Positions 9,845-19,874 of a DNA stretch of 57,330 bases are shown piece after piece. The notes beneath the pieces are model-generated. The model saw nothing but the letters and a program-made list of their open reading frames with translations. It did not search any database and was not told the DNA's origin. The DNA is taken from contig CAYQEJ010000004.1 in assembly GCA_964416505.1 (NCBI GenBank), positions 1 to 57,330 on the forward strand. The letters run 5' to 3'. The DNA comes from an uncultured Gammaproteobacteria bacterium (GTDB lineage Bacteria > Patescibacteriota > Microgenomatia > Levybacterales > UBA12049). Within the stretch, counting starts at the first letter, position 1. Every line of letters begins with the position of its first letter. A program made the position numbers and the translations under genes.

Positions 9845-10751
9845 TATTATTATTTAAATAATTAAGAAGATATTCTGTGTCTCTAAATCTATCTTGACTT
9901 TGCATCACTACAAATATTAAATCTTTGCCATTATTAATCTTCTGCGAAGTTACTAAAACCTGACCTGCGCCCTCCGTATATCCGGTTTTTACACCATTAA
10001 CTCCTGGGTAGTTAAGCATTATATTTATGTTTGGGAAAGTATACTTATTTCCAGATTCAGTTGTTATGGTTTTTATTTTAGTTGCAACTATTTTCGCAAA
10101 TTCCGGATTTTCCAAAGCATAAGAAGTGAGTCTTGCGAGTTCAATTGATGTTGTGTAATCTTCTCTATCTAAAAGCCCAATTGGCTCAGCAAAATGCGTA
10201 TTATCCAAGTATAACTCCTTTGCCTTCTTATTCATCATTGCCACAAATGCACTTTCTCCTCCAGGAAAATTGTCTGCTATTGCCTGCGCAGCATCGTTTG
10301 AAGAAGGAAGCATCATAGCATAAAGCAAATCCTCAAGTTTAATTTTTTCGTTAAGCATAAGCTTCTGATTTGTTCCTTCAACATTGGATTTATAAACAGT
10401 AAGCGTATCATCCAAATTATAATTTTCTAAAGCTAAAATCGCAGTCATAATTTTAGTTGTAGAAGCGGGTGAAAATCGAAGTTTTGAATTTTTTTCATAA
10501 AGAACAACTTGCGAAGATTTATCTATTACTACTGCTCCCTGAGCTGAAATATAAGGCTCATAAGGATAAATAACTTTTGGATAACTTTCAGGCTTAAAAT
10601 CAATTGGGTTTTTATAAGTTTCAACTAAAGAGATCTGTTTTTTTAATTCAATATTTAAGAAAGCCAAAAAACTAAAAGCAGAAAAAATAATAACTAAAAC
10701 TATAAATTGAAGAAATTTAATTTTTGAAATTTTTGAAGAGAGATAGCTCAT
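9819..10751 (-). CDS. D-alanyl-D-alanine carboxypeptidase (peptidase S11)
   Basis: PASTTK (SxxK), SSN (SxN), VKTG (KTG); N-terminal TM anchor. Confidence 0.93.
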   Translation of the reverse strand: MSYLSSKISKIKFLQFIVLVIIFSAFSFLAFLNIELKKQISLVETYKNPIDFKPESYPKVIYPYEPYISAQGAVVIDKSSQVVLYEKNSKLRFSPASTTKIMTAILALENYNLDDTLTVYKSNVEGTNQKLMLNEKIKLEDLLYAMMLPSSNDAAQAIADNFPGGESAFVAMMNKKAKELYLDNTHFAEPIGLLDREDYTTSIELARLTSYALENPEFAKIVATKIKTITTESGNKYTFPNINIMLNYPGVNGVKTGYTEGAGQVLVTSQKINNGKDLIFVVMQSQDRFRDTEYLLNYLNNNITFLSSRP

Positions 10752-10756
10752 TCATT

Positions 10757-12178
10757 TTAAGATACAATTTTGATTCCCAAATCTTTTAGAAGACTTTCGG
10801 AGATTCCTGTTGGACCATCCATAACTGCTGTTCTACCAGTCGAGGTCATAGGAAAAGCCATTGTCTCTTTAATTGATGCCTCACCTTGAAGTAGCGCGAT
10901 ATGACGATCCAAACCTAGCGCAATACCTCCATGAGGCGGAGCTCCAAAAGAAAATGCTTCAAGCATATGTCCAATGCTTTCTTGAATTTGCGAATCAGTA
11001 TAACCCATTATCTTGTAAGTTGCTTTCAGAAGCTCAGGAGTGTGTGCTCTTATACTTCCTCCTCCTGCCTCAAGACCATTACACACTAAGTCATATTGTG
11101 TTGTTAAGATTTGATCAACATTTTCTCCTTTTTTAAGCCATTCAACATGCTCTGGAATCGGCATGCTGAAAGGATTATGAGTAAAGGTCCATTCGCTTTT
11201 ACTGTCTAGACTATCTGAAACTTCAGTTTTGCTTACTTTTCTGAAGAATGGAAAATTAATAACCCACGCAAAAGCAAGCGTACCATTTTTCTTTTCCTCA
11301 TCACTTCTCAAATCAAATTTATCAGCACCAAACTTCTCCATCGCTTCCTGATATGTAAAAACAGGAAAGTTTTCATCTTTTAACTTTCCCCCAACCTCTT
11401 TAACAGCAATCTTAACCACATCTTCTACTGTTTCCATTACATCTTCTCTACTAGCAAAACTCATTTCCAAATCTAACTGAGCAAATTCAAATCCCCTATC
11501 CGCTCGTAAATCCTCATCTCTAAAACATTTTGGAAATTGAAAATATCTTTCGAATCCTGCCACCATTAAAAGCTGCTTGTATTGCTGAGGACTCTGAGGA
11601 AGAGCATAAAATTTACCTGGTTGAAAACGTGAAGGCACTATGAAATCTCTTGCTCCTTCCATAGTAGCCTTTGAAAGAACAGGAGTTTCAATTTCTACGA
11701 AATCTTTTTTAAGTAGTGCTCCACGAAGAGACTGCATATAATTATTTCGAAGCCTTATGTTTTTCTGCATTCTTGGGCGACGTAGATCTAGATATCTGTA
11801 TTTAAGTCTAATTTCTTCATTTACATCAAGCCCCGAGTCTAAAACATCGAATGGTGGTGTCTCTGCTCGACTTAAAATATCCAAATCCAAAACTTCCAGC
11901 TCTACGGCACCTGTCTCCAAATCTTTGTTTACGTTTTTTTCTGGTCTTTGATTTATTTTTCCTTTAACTTCTACAACAAATTCTGTTCTCAGCTCTTGTG
12001 CTTTTTTGTGAGCTTCCGGAGAACTTGCGGGAATAACTACTGCCTGAATCACGCCAGTTCTATCTCGAAGGTCTAAAAATATCAATTTTCCATGATCGCG
12101 TCTGACGCTAACCCAGCCATTTATAAAAACTTCTTCACCTATCTTTTCTACTGTATCCTTGATTAGAGTTCTTTGCAT
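10757..12178 (-). CDS. aspS: Aspartate--tRNA ligase, short form lacking the GAD insertion domain
   Basis: OB-fold GWV..RRDHG..FLDLRD, LRYRYLDLRR, ALPQSPQ, CFRDEDLRADR, YDLVCNG.E.GGGSIR, PPHGGIALGLDR. Confidence 0.96.
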   Translation of the reverse strand: MQRTLIKDTVEKIGEEVFINGWVSVRRDHGKLIFLDLRDRTGVIQAVVIPASSPEAHKKAQELRTEFVVEVKGKINQRPEKNVNKDLETGAVELEVLDLDILSRAETPPFDVLDSGLDVNEEIRLKYRYLDLRRPRMQKNIRLRNNYMQSLRGALLKKDFVEIETPVLSKATMEGARDFIVPSRFQPGKFYALPQSPQQYKQLLMVAGFERYFQFPKCFRDEDLRADRGFEFAQLDLEMSFASREDVMETVEDVVKIAVKEVGGKLKDENFPVFTYQEAMEKFGADKFDLRSDEEKKNGTLAFAWVINFPFFRKVSKTEVSDSLDSKSEWTFTHNPFSMPIPEHVEWLKKGENVDQILTTQYDLVCNGLEAGGGSIRAHTPELLKATYKIMGYTDSQIQESIGHMLEAFSFGAPPHGGIALGLDRHIALLQGEASIKETMAFPMTSTGRTAVMDGPTGISESLLKDLGIKIVS

Positions 12179-12222
12179 ATGCGTATTGTAATATTTTGCC
12201 TGAAAGTTAACAACCCTTAAGC

Positions 12223-12251
12223 TTGAAAAATACTATAAGATTTGTTAAAAT
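12223..12251 (+). promoter_or_regulatory. Sigma70-type promoter TTGAAA-17 bp-TAAAAT for the 12261 ORF
   Basis: -35 at 12223-12228, 17-nt spacer, -10 at 12246-12251, 9 nt before the ATG. Confidence 0.7.
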
Positions 12252-12260
12252 TTCAGACCT

Positions 12261-13664
12261 ATGGCAACCCTAGAAAGACTCTACAAACCTCCTGTTGGAG
12301 AAGTTACAAAAGACATGAAGCATATTGAATTAATGCTCTCAGAAAAAGGGCCTTATTCAGTGCTCCCCTGGCGTTCAATTCCTGGATTCTATGGATCAAA
12401 TGCAACTGTACAGGGTCAATTTTTAAGTGATTTAAATTTACTTGGAAACTTGGTAGGAACCTACGGAGTTATGGAAATGGCTCAGGCAGTTAACACCGAA
12501 ACAAAAAGAGAAAATGTTCGAGGGAGAGCAAATAAAAGAGCCGTGAGGATTTATTCAAAAGAGTATGATCAAATGGATTCTGCAAGACGCGAACAAGAAG
12601 TAGCTTCATATGCAAGTATCGCAAATGCATTTATTAACGATTATTTCAGGACTGGCGTTTGGTCACCTTTAGCAGACAGAACTGACCTTCATGAAGAAGT
12701 AGAGCTAGCAAACTCAATTCCGCAATTAGTAGATATTATGTTCAGTAATCCAAGAGCAAGAATAAGATTTGAGGCAAAAAGAAAACTGGTTCTTATGCAA
12801 TTAGCTGCGACTACAATTGCTAGAGGAAGAGAAATAAATGAAAAAGAAGGTATTCCACGCATTACAGAAATTTTAAATGATGGCTTCTGGTTTGGTGATG
12901 AAGTCATCTCAACAAGAGGTAAAAAAAGAATTAAAACAAAAAGAATAAGAATAAGATCTACAGATGTTGAAAGTCATCATAGCTATGAAACCCTTGAATG
13001 CATAGGACAACCAACAGAAATCACTGATCAGGATAGAATAGGAACTCTAAAGAGAATTCGTGAACATGTCCCCGAGCCTGGAGGTTATTACATAAAAACT
13101 ACACATTATGAGCAAAGACTTATTAGCTATGATGGTGAACTTATTCCTGTCTACCAAGATAGTAGGCCTAAAAGAATCTTAGCAAGAATGGCTAAGATGA
13201 TGAGAAAAGAAGAAGAAGATCCAGCAATTGCAGTACAGGACACAACGGGATTAAAATTTGTTGTAAAAGACATAAGAGATGCATATAAATTATTAGATTT
13301 TTTCACAAAAGGAGGAGAAAATGGAGCACTAACAATTAAGGTTGGCGACCTGGAAGATACACTTAGCGGAACCGAAGAATACAGCGCAGATAACGAAGGC
13401 AGCTCACCTAAAACAAGGCAACTTAAATTTATAGCCACAATCGAAGGTCATTCAGTCGAAGTAATAATAGGAACTTTCGCTACTGACCAAATTAATGAAC
13501 TAGCACATGAAGTAGCGCACGAAGAATATGAATTGAGGAGAAATGCAAAAGTTTTCAAACAAAATTTTCCTCAAGAAATTTACCATGTTAACGTCGATGA
13601 GGAGATTCCACAGATGATTGATAGGCTTAGGAGAAGAAGACGCGCATCAGCTTTTGAGAGCTAA
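12261..13664 (+). CDS. Hypothetical protein with C-terminal RelA/SpoT synthetase-like (nucleotidyltransferase) domain
   Basis: SRPK...AK..RK...QDTTGLKFV, VEVIIGT, AHEEY align in order with RSH synthetase motifs; N-terminal ~290 aa unassigned. Confidence 0.6.
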   Translation: MATLERLYKPPVGEVTKDMKHIELMLSEKGPYSVLPWRSIPGFYGSNATVQGQFLSDLNLLGNLVGTYGVMEMAQAVNTETKRENVRGRANKRAVRIYSKEYDQMDSARREQEVASYASIANAFINDYFRTGVWSPLADRTDLHEEVELANSIPQLVDIMFSNPRARIRFEAKRKLVLMQLAATTIARGREINEKEGIPRITEILNDGFWFGDEVISTRGKKRIKTKRIRIRSTDVESHHSYETLECIGQPTEITDQDRIGTLKRIREHVPEPGGYYIKTTHYEQRLISYDGELIPVYQDSRPKRILARMAKMMRKEEEDPAIAVQDTTGLKFVVKDIRDAYKLLDFFTKGGENGALTIKVGDLEDTLSGTEEYSADNEGSSPKTRQLKFIATIEGHSVEVIIGTFATDQINELAHEVAHEEYELRRNAKVFKQNFPQEIYHVNVDEEIPQMIDRLRRRRRASAFES

Positions 13665-15311
13665 ATCTTTAATTTTTAAATCTATTTTTCTATTTCCATT
13701 CCATTCGTTAACATCCAAAGAATAAACAACATCCACAACATTTCCTACTTTAAGATTTAATTCAGTATCAAAATTAAATAAGATTCCGCTTATTATTTTC
13801 CCTCCATGAATAAAATCAATTTTTAAATGGTTTGAATTTTTTCCTACAAATTTTAAATTTTTTATTTCCAGACCTTTACTTAAAAAAACAGGAATAGGAT
13901 TCTTCATTCCAAAAGGAGAAAGTTTTTGGATTTCGTTAAATAAATTTAGATCAATTATTTCAATCGGAATCTCGCAATCAATTTTTAATTTTTTTATCAA
14001 ATATTCTTCAAGAATTAATTTTTTAGCTAATTCTTCAAATCTTTTTTCAAGTTCAGGAATTTTTTCTGTTTCTACGGTAAATCCAGCAGCCATAGGATGC
14101 CCTCCAGCATCAACCAGAAATTCCGATGCTGATCTTATAAATTCAATAATGTTCAAACCACTAACAGAACGCGCTGAAGCCTTACTATATTTCTCCCCTT
14201 TCGAAAGAACTATTGAGGGAAGATAATATTCCTCCGTTAATCTTCCTGCTACAAGTCCAATTACACCAGGTTGATATGATTCATGATAGATAAATAAATG
14301 CTTTTTTGAAATTTTGGGAATTGCTAAATCTTTAGCATGTTCAAATGTCTCAAATGTAATTTGCTGCCTCGCTCTATTCATTTCTCCTAATCTTCCTGCT
14401 AATTCTTTTGCTTTTTTTTCATTTGTTGTACAAAGAAGTCTTAAGCTATCCATGGCATCTTCAAGTCGACCCATTGCATTAAGACGGGGCGCTATGATAT
14501 GTCCAATTTCATATGTATCAATTTTCTCCGAATCAATTCCTGATTCTTTGTAGAGCTCAATAAGTCCAAGTCTCTTTGTATTTCTTAAATATTTAAGCCC
14601 AAGTTTTACCAAAATCCTACTTTCATTTGTCAACGGAACGAGATCCGCAATAGTAGCAATAGTAACCAAATCTAGATGTTTTGTTAAATTAACTTCTCCT
14701 TTTATTTTTTCCGTTAAATATTTTGATAAAAACCATCCGACCGCAGATCCACAAACTTTCGTTGAATGGATTATTGAAAAAGCTTCTGGAAGTTTTTCTG
14801 AAGGCACATGATGATCTGTTACTATTACATCTATTCCTTTGCTATCTGCAAATTTCGTCCCATCAAAGGCTACGATTCCATTATCAACAGTAATAATGAG
14901 TTTTGTTTCGGGATATTTTTCCAGCATCCCTAAAACTCCTTTCTCAGAAAGTCCATATCCCTCAGATATCCTATTTGGAATATAAGGCATAACATTTACA
15001 TTAAGTGCTTTTAAAGATTCCCAAAGAATGGCAGCGCCTGTAATTCCGTCTGCATCATAATCACCGAAAATAATTACGAGTTCTTTTTCTTTAATCGCTT
15101 TTACAATTCTTTTTAACGTCTTCGCAAGTTCTTTTTTATCTATCCCCAAACCATCAATTCTAAGATCTTCAATTTTTGGATTTAAAAAAATTTCAGTTTC
15201 CTTTTTAGAAGAAATTTCTCTATTTTCAAGAAGAAGCTTAATAAGCTTTATGGAATCAAAATTTTTAATATCAAACTCAATATCACTTCGTATATCCCAT
15301 TTTTTGGTCAT
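13647..15311 (-). CDS. recJ: Single-stranded-DNA-specific exonuclease RecJ
   Basis: GDYDADG, ITVDNGI, TDHH, APRLNAMGR, GGHPMAAG, PFGMKNP. Confidence 0.96.
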   Translation of the reverse strand: MTKKWDIRSDIEFDIKNFDSIKLIKLLLENREISSKKETEIFLNPKIEDLRIDGLGIDKKELAKTLKRIVKAIKEKELVIIFGDYDADGITGAAILWESLKALNVNVMPYIPNRISEGYGLSEKGVLGMLEKYPETKLIITVDNGIVAFDGTKFADSKGIDVIVTDHHVPSEKLPEAFSIIHSTKVCGSAVGWFLSKYLTEKIKGEVNLTKHLDLVTIATIADLVPLTNESRILVKLGLKYLRNTKRLGLIELYKESGIDSEKIDTYEIGHIIAPRLNAMGRLEDAMDSLRLLCTTNEKKAKELAGRLGEMNRARQQITFETFEHAKDLAIPKISKKHLFIYHESYQPGVIGLVAGRLTEEYYLPSIVLSKGEKYSKASARSVSGLNIIEFIRSASEFLVDAGGHPMAAGFTVETEKIPELEKRFEELAKKLILEEYLIKKLKIDCEIPIEIIDLNLFNEIQKLSPFGMKNPIPVFLSKGLEIKNLKFVGKNSNHLKIDFIHGGKIISGILFNFDTELNLKVGNVVDVVYSLDVNEWNGNRKIDLKIKDLALKS

Positions 15312-15340
15312 ATGTTGCTATACTATAACAAAGAGAGTTT

Positions 15341-16702
15341 TTGCAAACAATGAACAAAAATATTCCTTCTAAAGTACTCGATATTTATAAAGAAATTCAG
15401 AAAAATAATATTGATATTTACTTTGTAGGTGGATGCGTAAGAAATATTCTTATGAATATTGCAGTTAAGGACTGGGACTTAACATCAAACGCAACTCCGC
15501 AGGAAATATTAAAAATTTTTCCAGACGGTTTCTACAATAATGACTTTGGTACAGTTGGACTTCCCATTGATGATAATTCCATAATAGAAATAACTACATT
15601 TAGAACGGAACAGGGATTCTCCAATAAAAGACACCCTGATAAAGTTTCATGGGGAAAAACAATTCAGGAAGATCTAAGTAGGCGAGATTTCACCATGAAT
15701 GCAATTGCTTTAAAATTCGTTAATGATCATGAGGAAATTGTTGATCCATATGGTGGAAAAATAGATATAGAAAACAGGATTATCAGATGCGTTGGGAATC
15801 CTAGTGAAAGATTCAAAGAAGACGCCCTTCGGCTTTTAAGAGCGATAAGATTTGCCACCGTACTATCATTTAATATTGATGAAAAAACCGGCAAAGAAAT
15901 TGTTTCCGATGCTCCTCTCATCCAACAAATATCTTTTGAAAGAATAAGAGATGAGCTTCTAAAAATCCTTGATAGCGAAAATCCTTATAAAGGAATTCTC
16001 CTTTTAAAAGATTCCGGACTTTTAAAATATATAATTCCTGAACTTCTAGAAGGAATCAATGTTTCTCAGGTACGTCCCGGAAGACATCATACGACTGACG
16101 TATTTACTCATAATCTACTCGCTTTGAAATTCTGCCCATCCAAAGATCCAATTGTTAGATTCGCAACTCTAATTCATGATGCCGGAAAACCAAGAGTTAA
16201 AGGCGAGGATGAGCACGGCTTAGTAACTTTTTACAATCACGAAGTAGCAGGAGCAAAACTTGCGTATGAGATTTGTGAAAGACTTAAGTTTTCAAAAAAA
16301 GACAGAGAAAGAGTAGTAAGCATGATACGTTGGCATATGTTTACAGTTGATGAAAACATTACCGATGCAGCAATAAGAAGATTTATAAGAAGGATCGGAG
16401 TAAAAAATGTAAAAGATTTAATTGATCTAAGGATTGGTGACAGACTTGGATCAGGAACTGAAACAGCAGAGTCGTGGAGATTGAAAAAATTCAAGGAAAG
16501 AATAGAAAAAGAATTAGCACCTGCTGCGTTTTCTATTAATGATTTGGCAATTGATGGAAATGATATTATGAAAATATTAAACATAAAACCAGGACCTGAA
16601 ATTGGAAAAATTCTACAAGAAATTTTTGACGAGATAGATCAAGATCAGTCTAGAAATACTAAAGAGTATCTAGAAAACCGCGTAAAAGAAATCCACAAAT
16701 AA
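15341..16702 (+). CDS. cca: CCA tRNA nucleotidyltransferase with HD domain
   Basis: VGGCVRN..M...KDWDL, EDLSRRDFTMNA, ERFKEDALRLLRAIRF, HD motif (LIHDAGKP). Start may be ATG 15350. Confidence 0.93.
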   Translation: MQTMNKNIPSKVLDIYKEIQKNNIDIYFVGGCVRNILMNIAVKDWDLTSNATPQEILKIFPDGFYNNDFGTVGLPIDDNSIIEITTFRTEQGFSNKRHPDKVSWGKTIQEDLSRRDFTMNAIALKFVNDHEEIVDPYGGKIDIENRIIRCVGNPSERFKEDALRLLRAIRFATVLSFNIDEKTGKEIVSDAPLIQQISFERIRDELLKILDSENPYKGILLLKDSGLLKYIIPELLEGINVSQVRPGRHHTTDVFTHNLLALKFCPSKDPIVRFATLIHDAGKPRVKGEDEHGLVTFYNHEVAGAKLAYEICERLKFSKKDRERVVSMIRWHMFTVDENITDAAIRRFIRRIGVKNVKDLIDLRIGDRLGSGTETAESWRLKKFKERIEKELAPAAFSINDLAIDGNDIMKILNIKPGPEIGKILQEIFDEIDQDQSRNTKEYLENRVKEIHK

Positions 16703-16741
16703 TTTTTTTGCTTCATTTTATTTATATGCTATCATTAGCTA

Positions 16742-17674
16742 ATGAAGCAAAACGTTTTAGAGGTTAAAAATTTAAGAAAAACTTTTGGAAAATTCAACGC
16801 TGTAGATGACATCTCTTTTTCATTAAAAGAGGGAGAAATTTTAGGATTTTTAGGACCTAACGGTGCTGGAAAAACTACAACAATTTACATGCTTTTGGAT
16901 GTAATGGAACCGTCCAGCGGAAGCATCAAATATTTTGGAAAAGATTTCAAATCAAATCGTAGCGAAATATTAAAAAAGGTAAATTACTCATCCGCATATA
17001 TTTCTTTACCTTGGTTTTTTAAACTTGATGAAGTATTGTCAGTTTATGCAGATCTTTATGAAATACCAAACAAAAAGAAAAGAATAGATAAGCTTTTACA
17101 AGAATTTGAAATTGAGCATTTAAGAAAAAAAGCAGTTCATACTCTTTCCGCAGGAGAAAGAGCAAGACTCTTGCTAACTAAAGCATTTTTAAATTATCCT
17201 GAGATTATCTTACTGGATGAACCAACAGCTTCTCTAGATCCTGATATAGCAGTAAAAATAAGACAATTTTTAAAAAAAGAGCAAAAAGAATATAACGTCA
17301 GCATGCTATTTACTTCTCACAACATGAACGAAGTAGAAGAGATGTGCGATAGAGTTATTTTCTTGAACCATGGAAAAATAAAAGCTGAAAATTCTCCCGA
17401 AAACTTAGCTAAAGAATTAGGCGATTCAAAAATTGAACTTTTAATAAAGGATCATGTACATGCTCAAAACTATTTTGAGAAAGAAAAATTTGAATTTATT
17501 AGAGAAAAAAATATTTTTAAGATTGAAATGAAAACAGAAAATATTTCAGAATTTTTAAATAAATTAGTTTTGGAAAAAATAGAATTTCAAGATATTACAA
17601 TTAATAAGCCAGATCTTGAAGATTTTTTTCTCAAGCATTCAAAAGATCTTAGATCTGAAGGAGATAAATTATGA
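16742..17674 (+). CDS. ABC exporter ATP-binding protein
   Basis: GPNGAGKTT Walker A, LSAGE signature, ILLDEP Walker B, SH switch. Confidence 0.95.
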   Translation: MKQNVLEVKNLRKTFGKFNAVDDISFSLKEGEILGFLGPNGAGKTTTIYMLLDVMEPSSGSIKYFGKDFKSNRSEILKKVNYSSAYISLPWFFKLDEVLSVYADLYEIPNKKKRIDKLLQEFEIEHLRKKAVHTLSAGERARLLLTKAFLNYPEIILLDEPTASLDPDIAVKIRQFLKKEQKEYNVSMLFTSHNMNEVEEMCDRVIFLNHGKIKAENSPENLAKELGDSKIELLIKDHVHAQNYFEKEKFEFIREKNIFKIEMKTENISEFLNKLVLEKIEFQDITINKPDLEDFFLKHSKDLRSEGDKL

Positions 17675-18456
17675 GCATAAGAAGAATTTACGCAATGAAT
17701 AAAAGATATTTCTTTACGCTTACCCATAGCTATGACAGATTATCAGATATGTTTTATTGGCCAGTAATGGATATCCTAATTTGGGGACTTACTGGATTAT
17801 ATTTTGCAAAGCTAAGCTCTGATCCAAAATTAACAACCACAGTTCTTTTAACGGGGCTTATTTTTTGGATTATTACCTGGAGATCTCAATACGAAATTAC
17901 AGTAAATCTTTTAACTGAAATGTGGGACAGAAATTTAGTTAACATTTTCTCATCGCCCTTAAAACTATCTGAATGGATTATTTCAGTTATGATCTATGGA
18001 GGATCAAAAATGGTCGTGAGCCTTTTCTTCTCTGCATTAACTGCATTTATTCTATATGGGTTTCACTTCTTTCAATTCGGGTGGTGGTTAATACCTGTAT
18101 CAATTAATCTTTGTATAAGCGGTTGGGCGATAGGCTTCACAGTTGCCGCTCTTATAATAAGATACGGACAGAAAGTTCAGACGATGGCATGGACTGGAGC
18201 ATATATAATTGTCCCTTTTTCAGCAATATATTACCCTCTAACTATTTTACCAGACTGGGCACAAAAGATTTCAAAGATTATTCCAACAAGCTATATCTTC
18301 GAAGCAATGAGACAACATATTGCATCTGGCACAATTGATATAAATAAAATATTAATAAGCTTTGCATTAAATGCGCTATATCTGGTATTATCAGTTTTAT
18401 TATTCACTAAGGCTTTTAGAATTAGTAAGAAAAAAGGCTTGGGAAGATTAATTTAA
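17671..18456 (+). CDS. ABC-2 type permease
   Basis: About 6 TM segments, YYPLTILPDWAQ..S..IP..Y; ATGA overlap with the ATPase gene. Confidence 0.9.
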   Translation: MSIRRIYAMNKRYFFTLTHSYDRLSDMFYWPVMDILIWGLTGLYFAKLSSDPKLTTTVLLTGLIFWIITWRSQYEITVNLLTEMWDRNLVNIFSSPLKLSEWIISVMIYGGSKMVVSLFFSALTAFILYGFHFFQFGWWLIPVSINLCISGWAIGFTVAALIIRYGQKVQTMAWTGAYIIVPFSAIYYPLTILPDWAQKISKIIPTSYIFEAMRQHIASGTIDINKILISFALNALYLVLSVLLFTKAFRISKKKGLGRLI

Positions 18457-18457
18457 T

Positions 18458-18907
18458 ATGGATAAGAATAAATTACAACAAGAACTAATCGGCGCAATGA
18501 AGGCTCAAGATGAGGTTAAAAAATCAACCATCAGAATGCTTATATCTGCAATTAATTATTATGAGATTGAAAAAGGCGGCGCAGGATATGAGGCAACTTC
18601 GGAAGACGTCTTAACAGTTATTGGAAAGGAAGCAAAAAAAAGAAAAGACTCTATTACTGAATATGAAAAAGCTGGACGACAAGATCTAGTTGATAAAGAA
18701 ACTGAAGAATTAAAAATTCTTGAGACCTATCTTCCTGAGCAAATGGGAGAAGAAGAAATAAAAACCGTAATTGATCAAACAATTACCGAAACCGGAGTAA
18801 GCGGAATACAAGACATGGGAAAACTTATGGGCGCACTCACTGGAAAACTTAAAGGAAAAGCAGACATGGGATTGGTCTCTTTTATTGTTCGTCAAAAACT
18901 ACAATAA
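18458..18907 (+). CDS. GatB/YqeY domain protein
   Basis: AMKA.D...IRML, KEAKKRKDSI..Y..AGR.DL...E..E, YLPEQM, DMGKLMG. Confidence 0.92.
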   Translation: MDKNKLQQELIGAMKAQDEVKKSTIRMLISAINYYEIEKGGAGYEATSEDVLTVIGKEAKKRKDSITEYEKAGRQDLVDKETEELKILETYLPEQMGEEEIKTVIDQTITETGVSGIQDMGKLMGALTGKLKGKADMGLVSFIVRQKLQ

Positions 18908-18919
18908 CCTATAATCTTT

Positions 18920-18941
18920 GCCTCGCAAGGCCTGGCCTTGC
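18920..18941. repeat. REP-like palindrome copy 1 (GCCTCGCAAGGCC-T-GGCCTTGC)
   Basis: 8-bp inverted arms at 18925-18932 and 18934-18941; matches the left 22 nt of the 50363 element except the central base; between convergent yqeY and secF. Confidence 0.8.
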
Positions 18942-18961
18942 ATGCCTGAATCTATATGAGC

Positions 18962-19873
18962 CTACTTATTCTTATTTCTAGTATGTCTTAAACTCCACTC
19001 GTGCCAGACAACGAGAATTGGGGAAGCATTAAATATTGATGAATATGTTCCTGAAATCATTCCCACAATGAGTGCCACCACAAACCAGCGAATACTTTCT
19101 CCTCCAAAAATTAGTAGAGCAAACAAAACCAAAAGTACTGTGATTGAAGTATTTAGTGATCTACCAATCGTTTGAAGAATTGAATCATTAACTGTTTTTT
19201 CAAAATTAGTTCCCCCATTTTTGGAAAGATTTTCTCTAATTCTATCAAAGACAACAATCGTATCATGAACTGAAAATCCAATAATTGTTAGAACTGCTGT
19301 AACAAAAAGACTGTCTATCTCAACATGCAGGAAGTGACCTAATAAAGAGAACACCCCCACAACTACCAATACGTCGTGCATCAAAGCAATGACTGTGGAA
19401 ACTCCAAATCTTATTGAGCTTGCTGGTTTTGGAACTTTTCTAAATACCAAGCTAATATATATAACTACCAAAAGCGAAGCTACCAAAACAGCTTTAACAG
19501 CATTCTTTGTTGTTTCTCCTCCTATCGTTGGTCCAATTGTTGAAAATTCCTGCTGCTTAGCATCTTTGTATTTTGTCTTCAATTCTTTTACAAATTTGTC
19601 ATCCTGTTCCTGAGTCATCTGGCTTGTCCTGGCGATTGCGAGTTTTTTTGAACTTTCTATGGAATAAACTTTAATATTATTTTTTTCTAGTGTTTGTTTT
19701 ATGAAATCTTTTTCCGAAACAGAAATTTCATTAGCAAAAAGAACAGACATTCTGGATCCACCAGTAAATTCAATTGACAAATTCAAACCATAAAGCAAAA
19801 GGGAGATTATTCCAGGAATCATCACTAAAAGCGATATTGCAAAATATAGATATTTTCTACCAATTATATTCAT
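18962..19873 (-). CDS. secF: Protein translocase subunit SecF
   Basis: LSIEFTGGS, TIGPTIG, ALMHDV, GFSVHDTIVVFDRIREN, GTYSSIF. Confidence 0.96.
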   Translation of the reverse strand: MNIIGRKYLYFAISLLVMIPGIISLLLYGLNLSIEFTGGSRMSVLFANEISVSEKDFIKQTLEKNNIKVYSIESSKKLAIARTSQMTQEQDDKFVKELKTKYKDAKQQEFSTIGPTIGGETTKNAVKAVLVASLLVVIYISLVFRKVPKPASSIRFGVSTVIALMHDVLVVVGVFSLLGHFLHVEIDSLFVTAVLTIIGFSVHDTIVVFDRIRENLSKNGGTNFEKTVNDSILQTIGRSLNTSITVLLVLFALLIFGGESIRWFVVALIVGMISGTYSSIFNASPILVVWHEWSLRHTRNKNK

Positions 19874-19874
19874 A

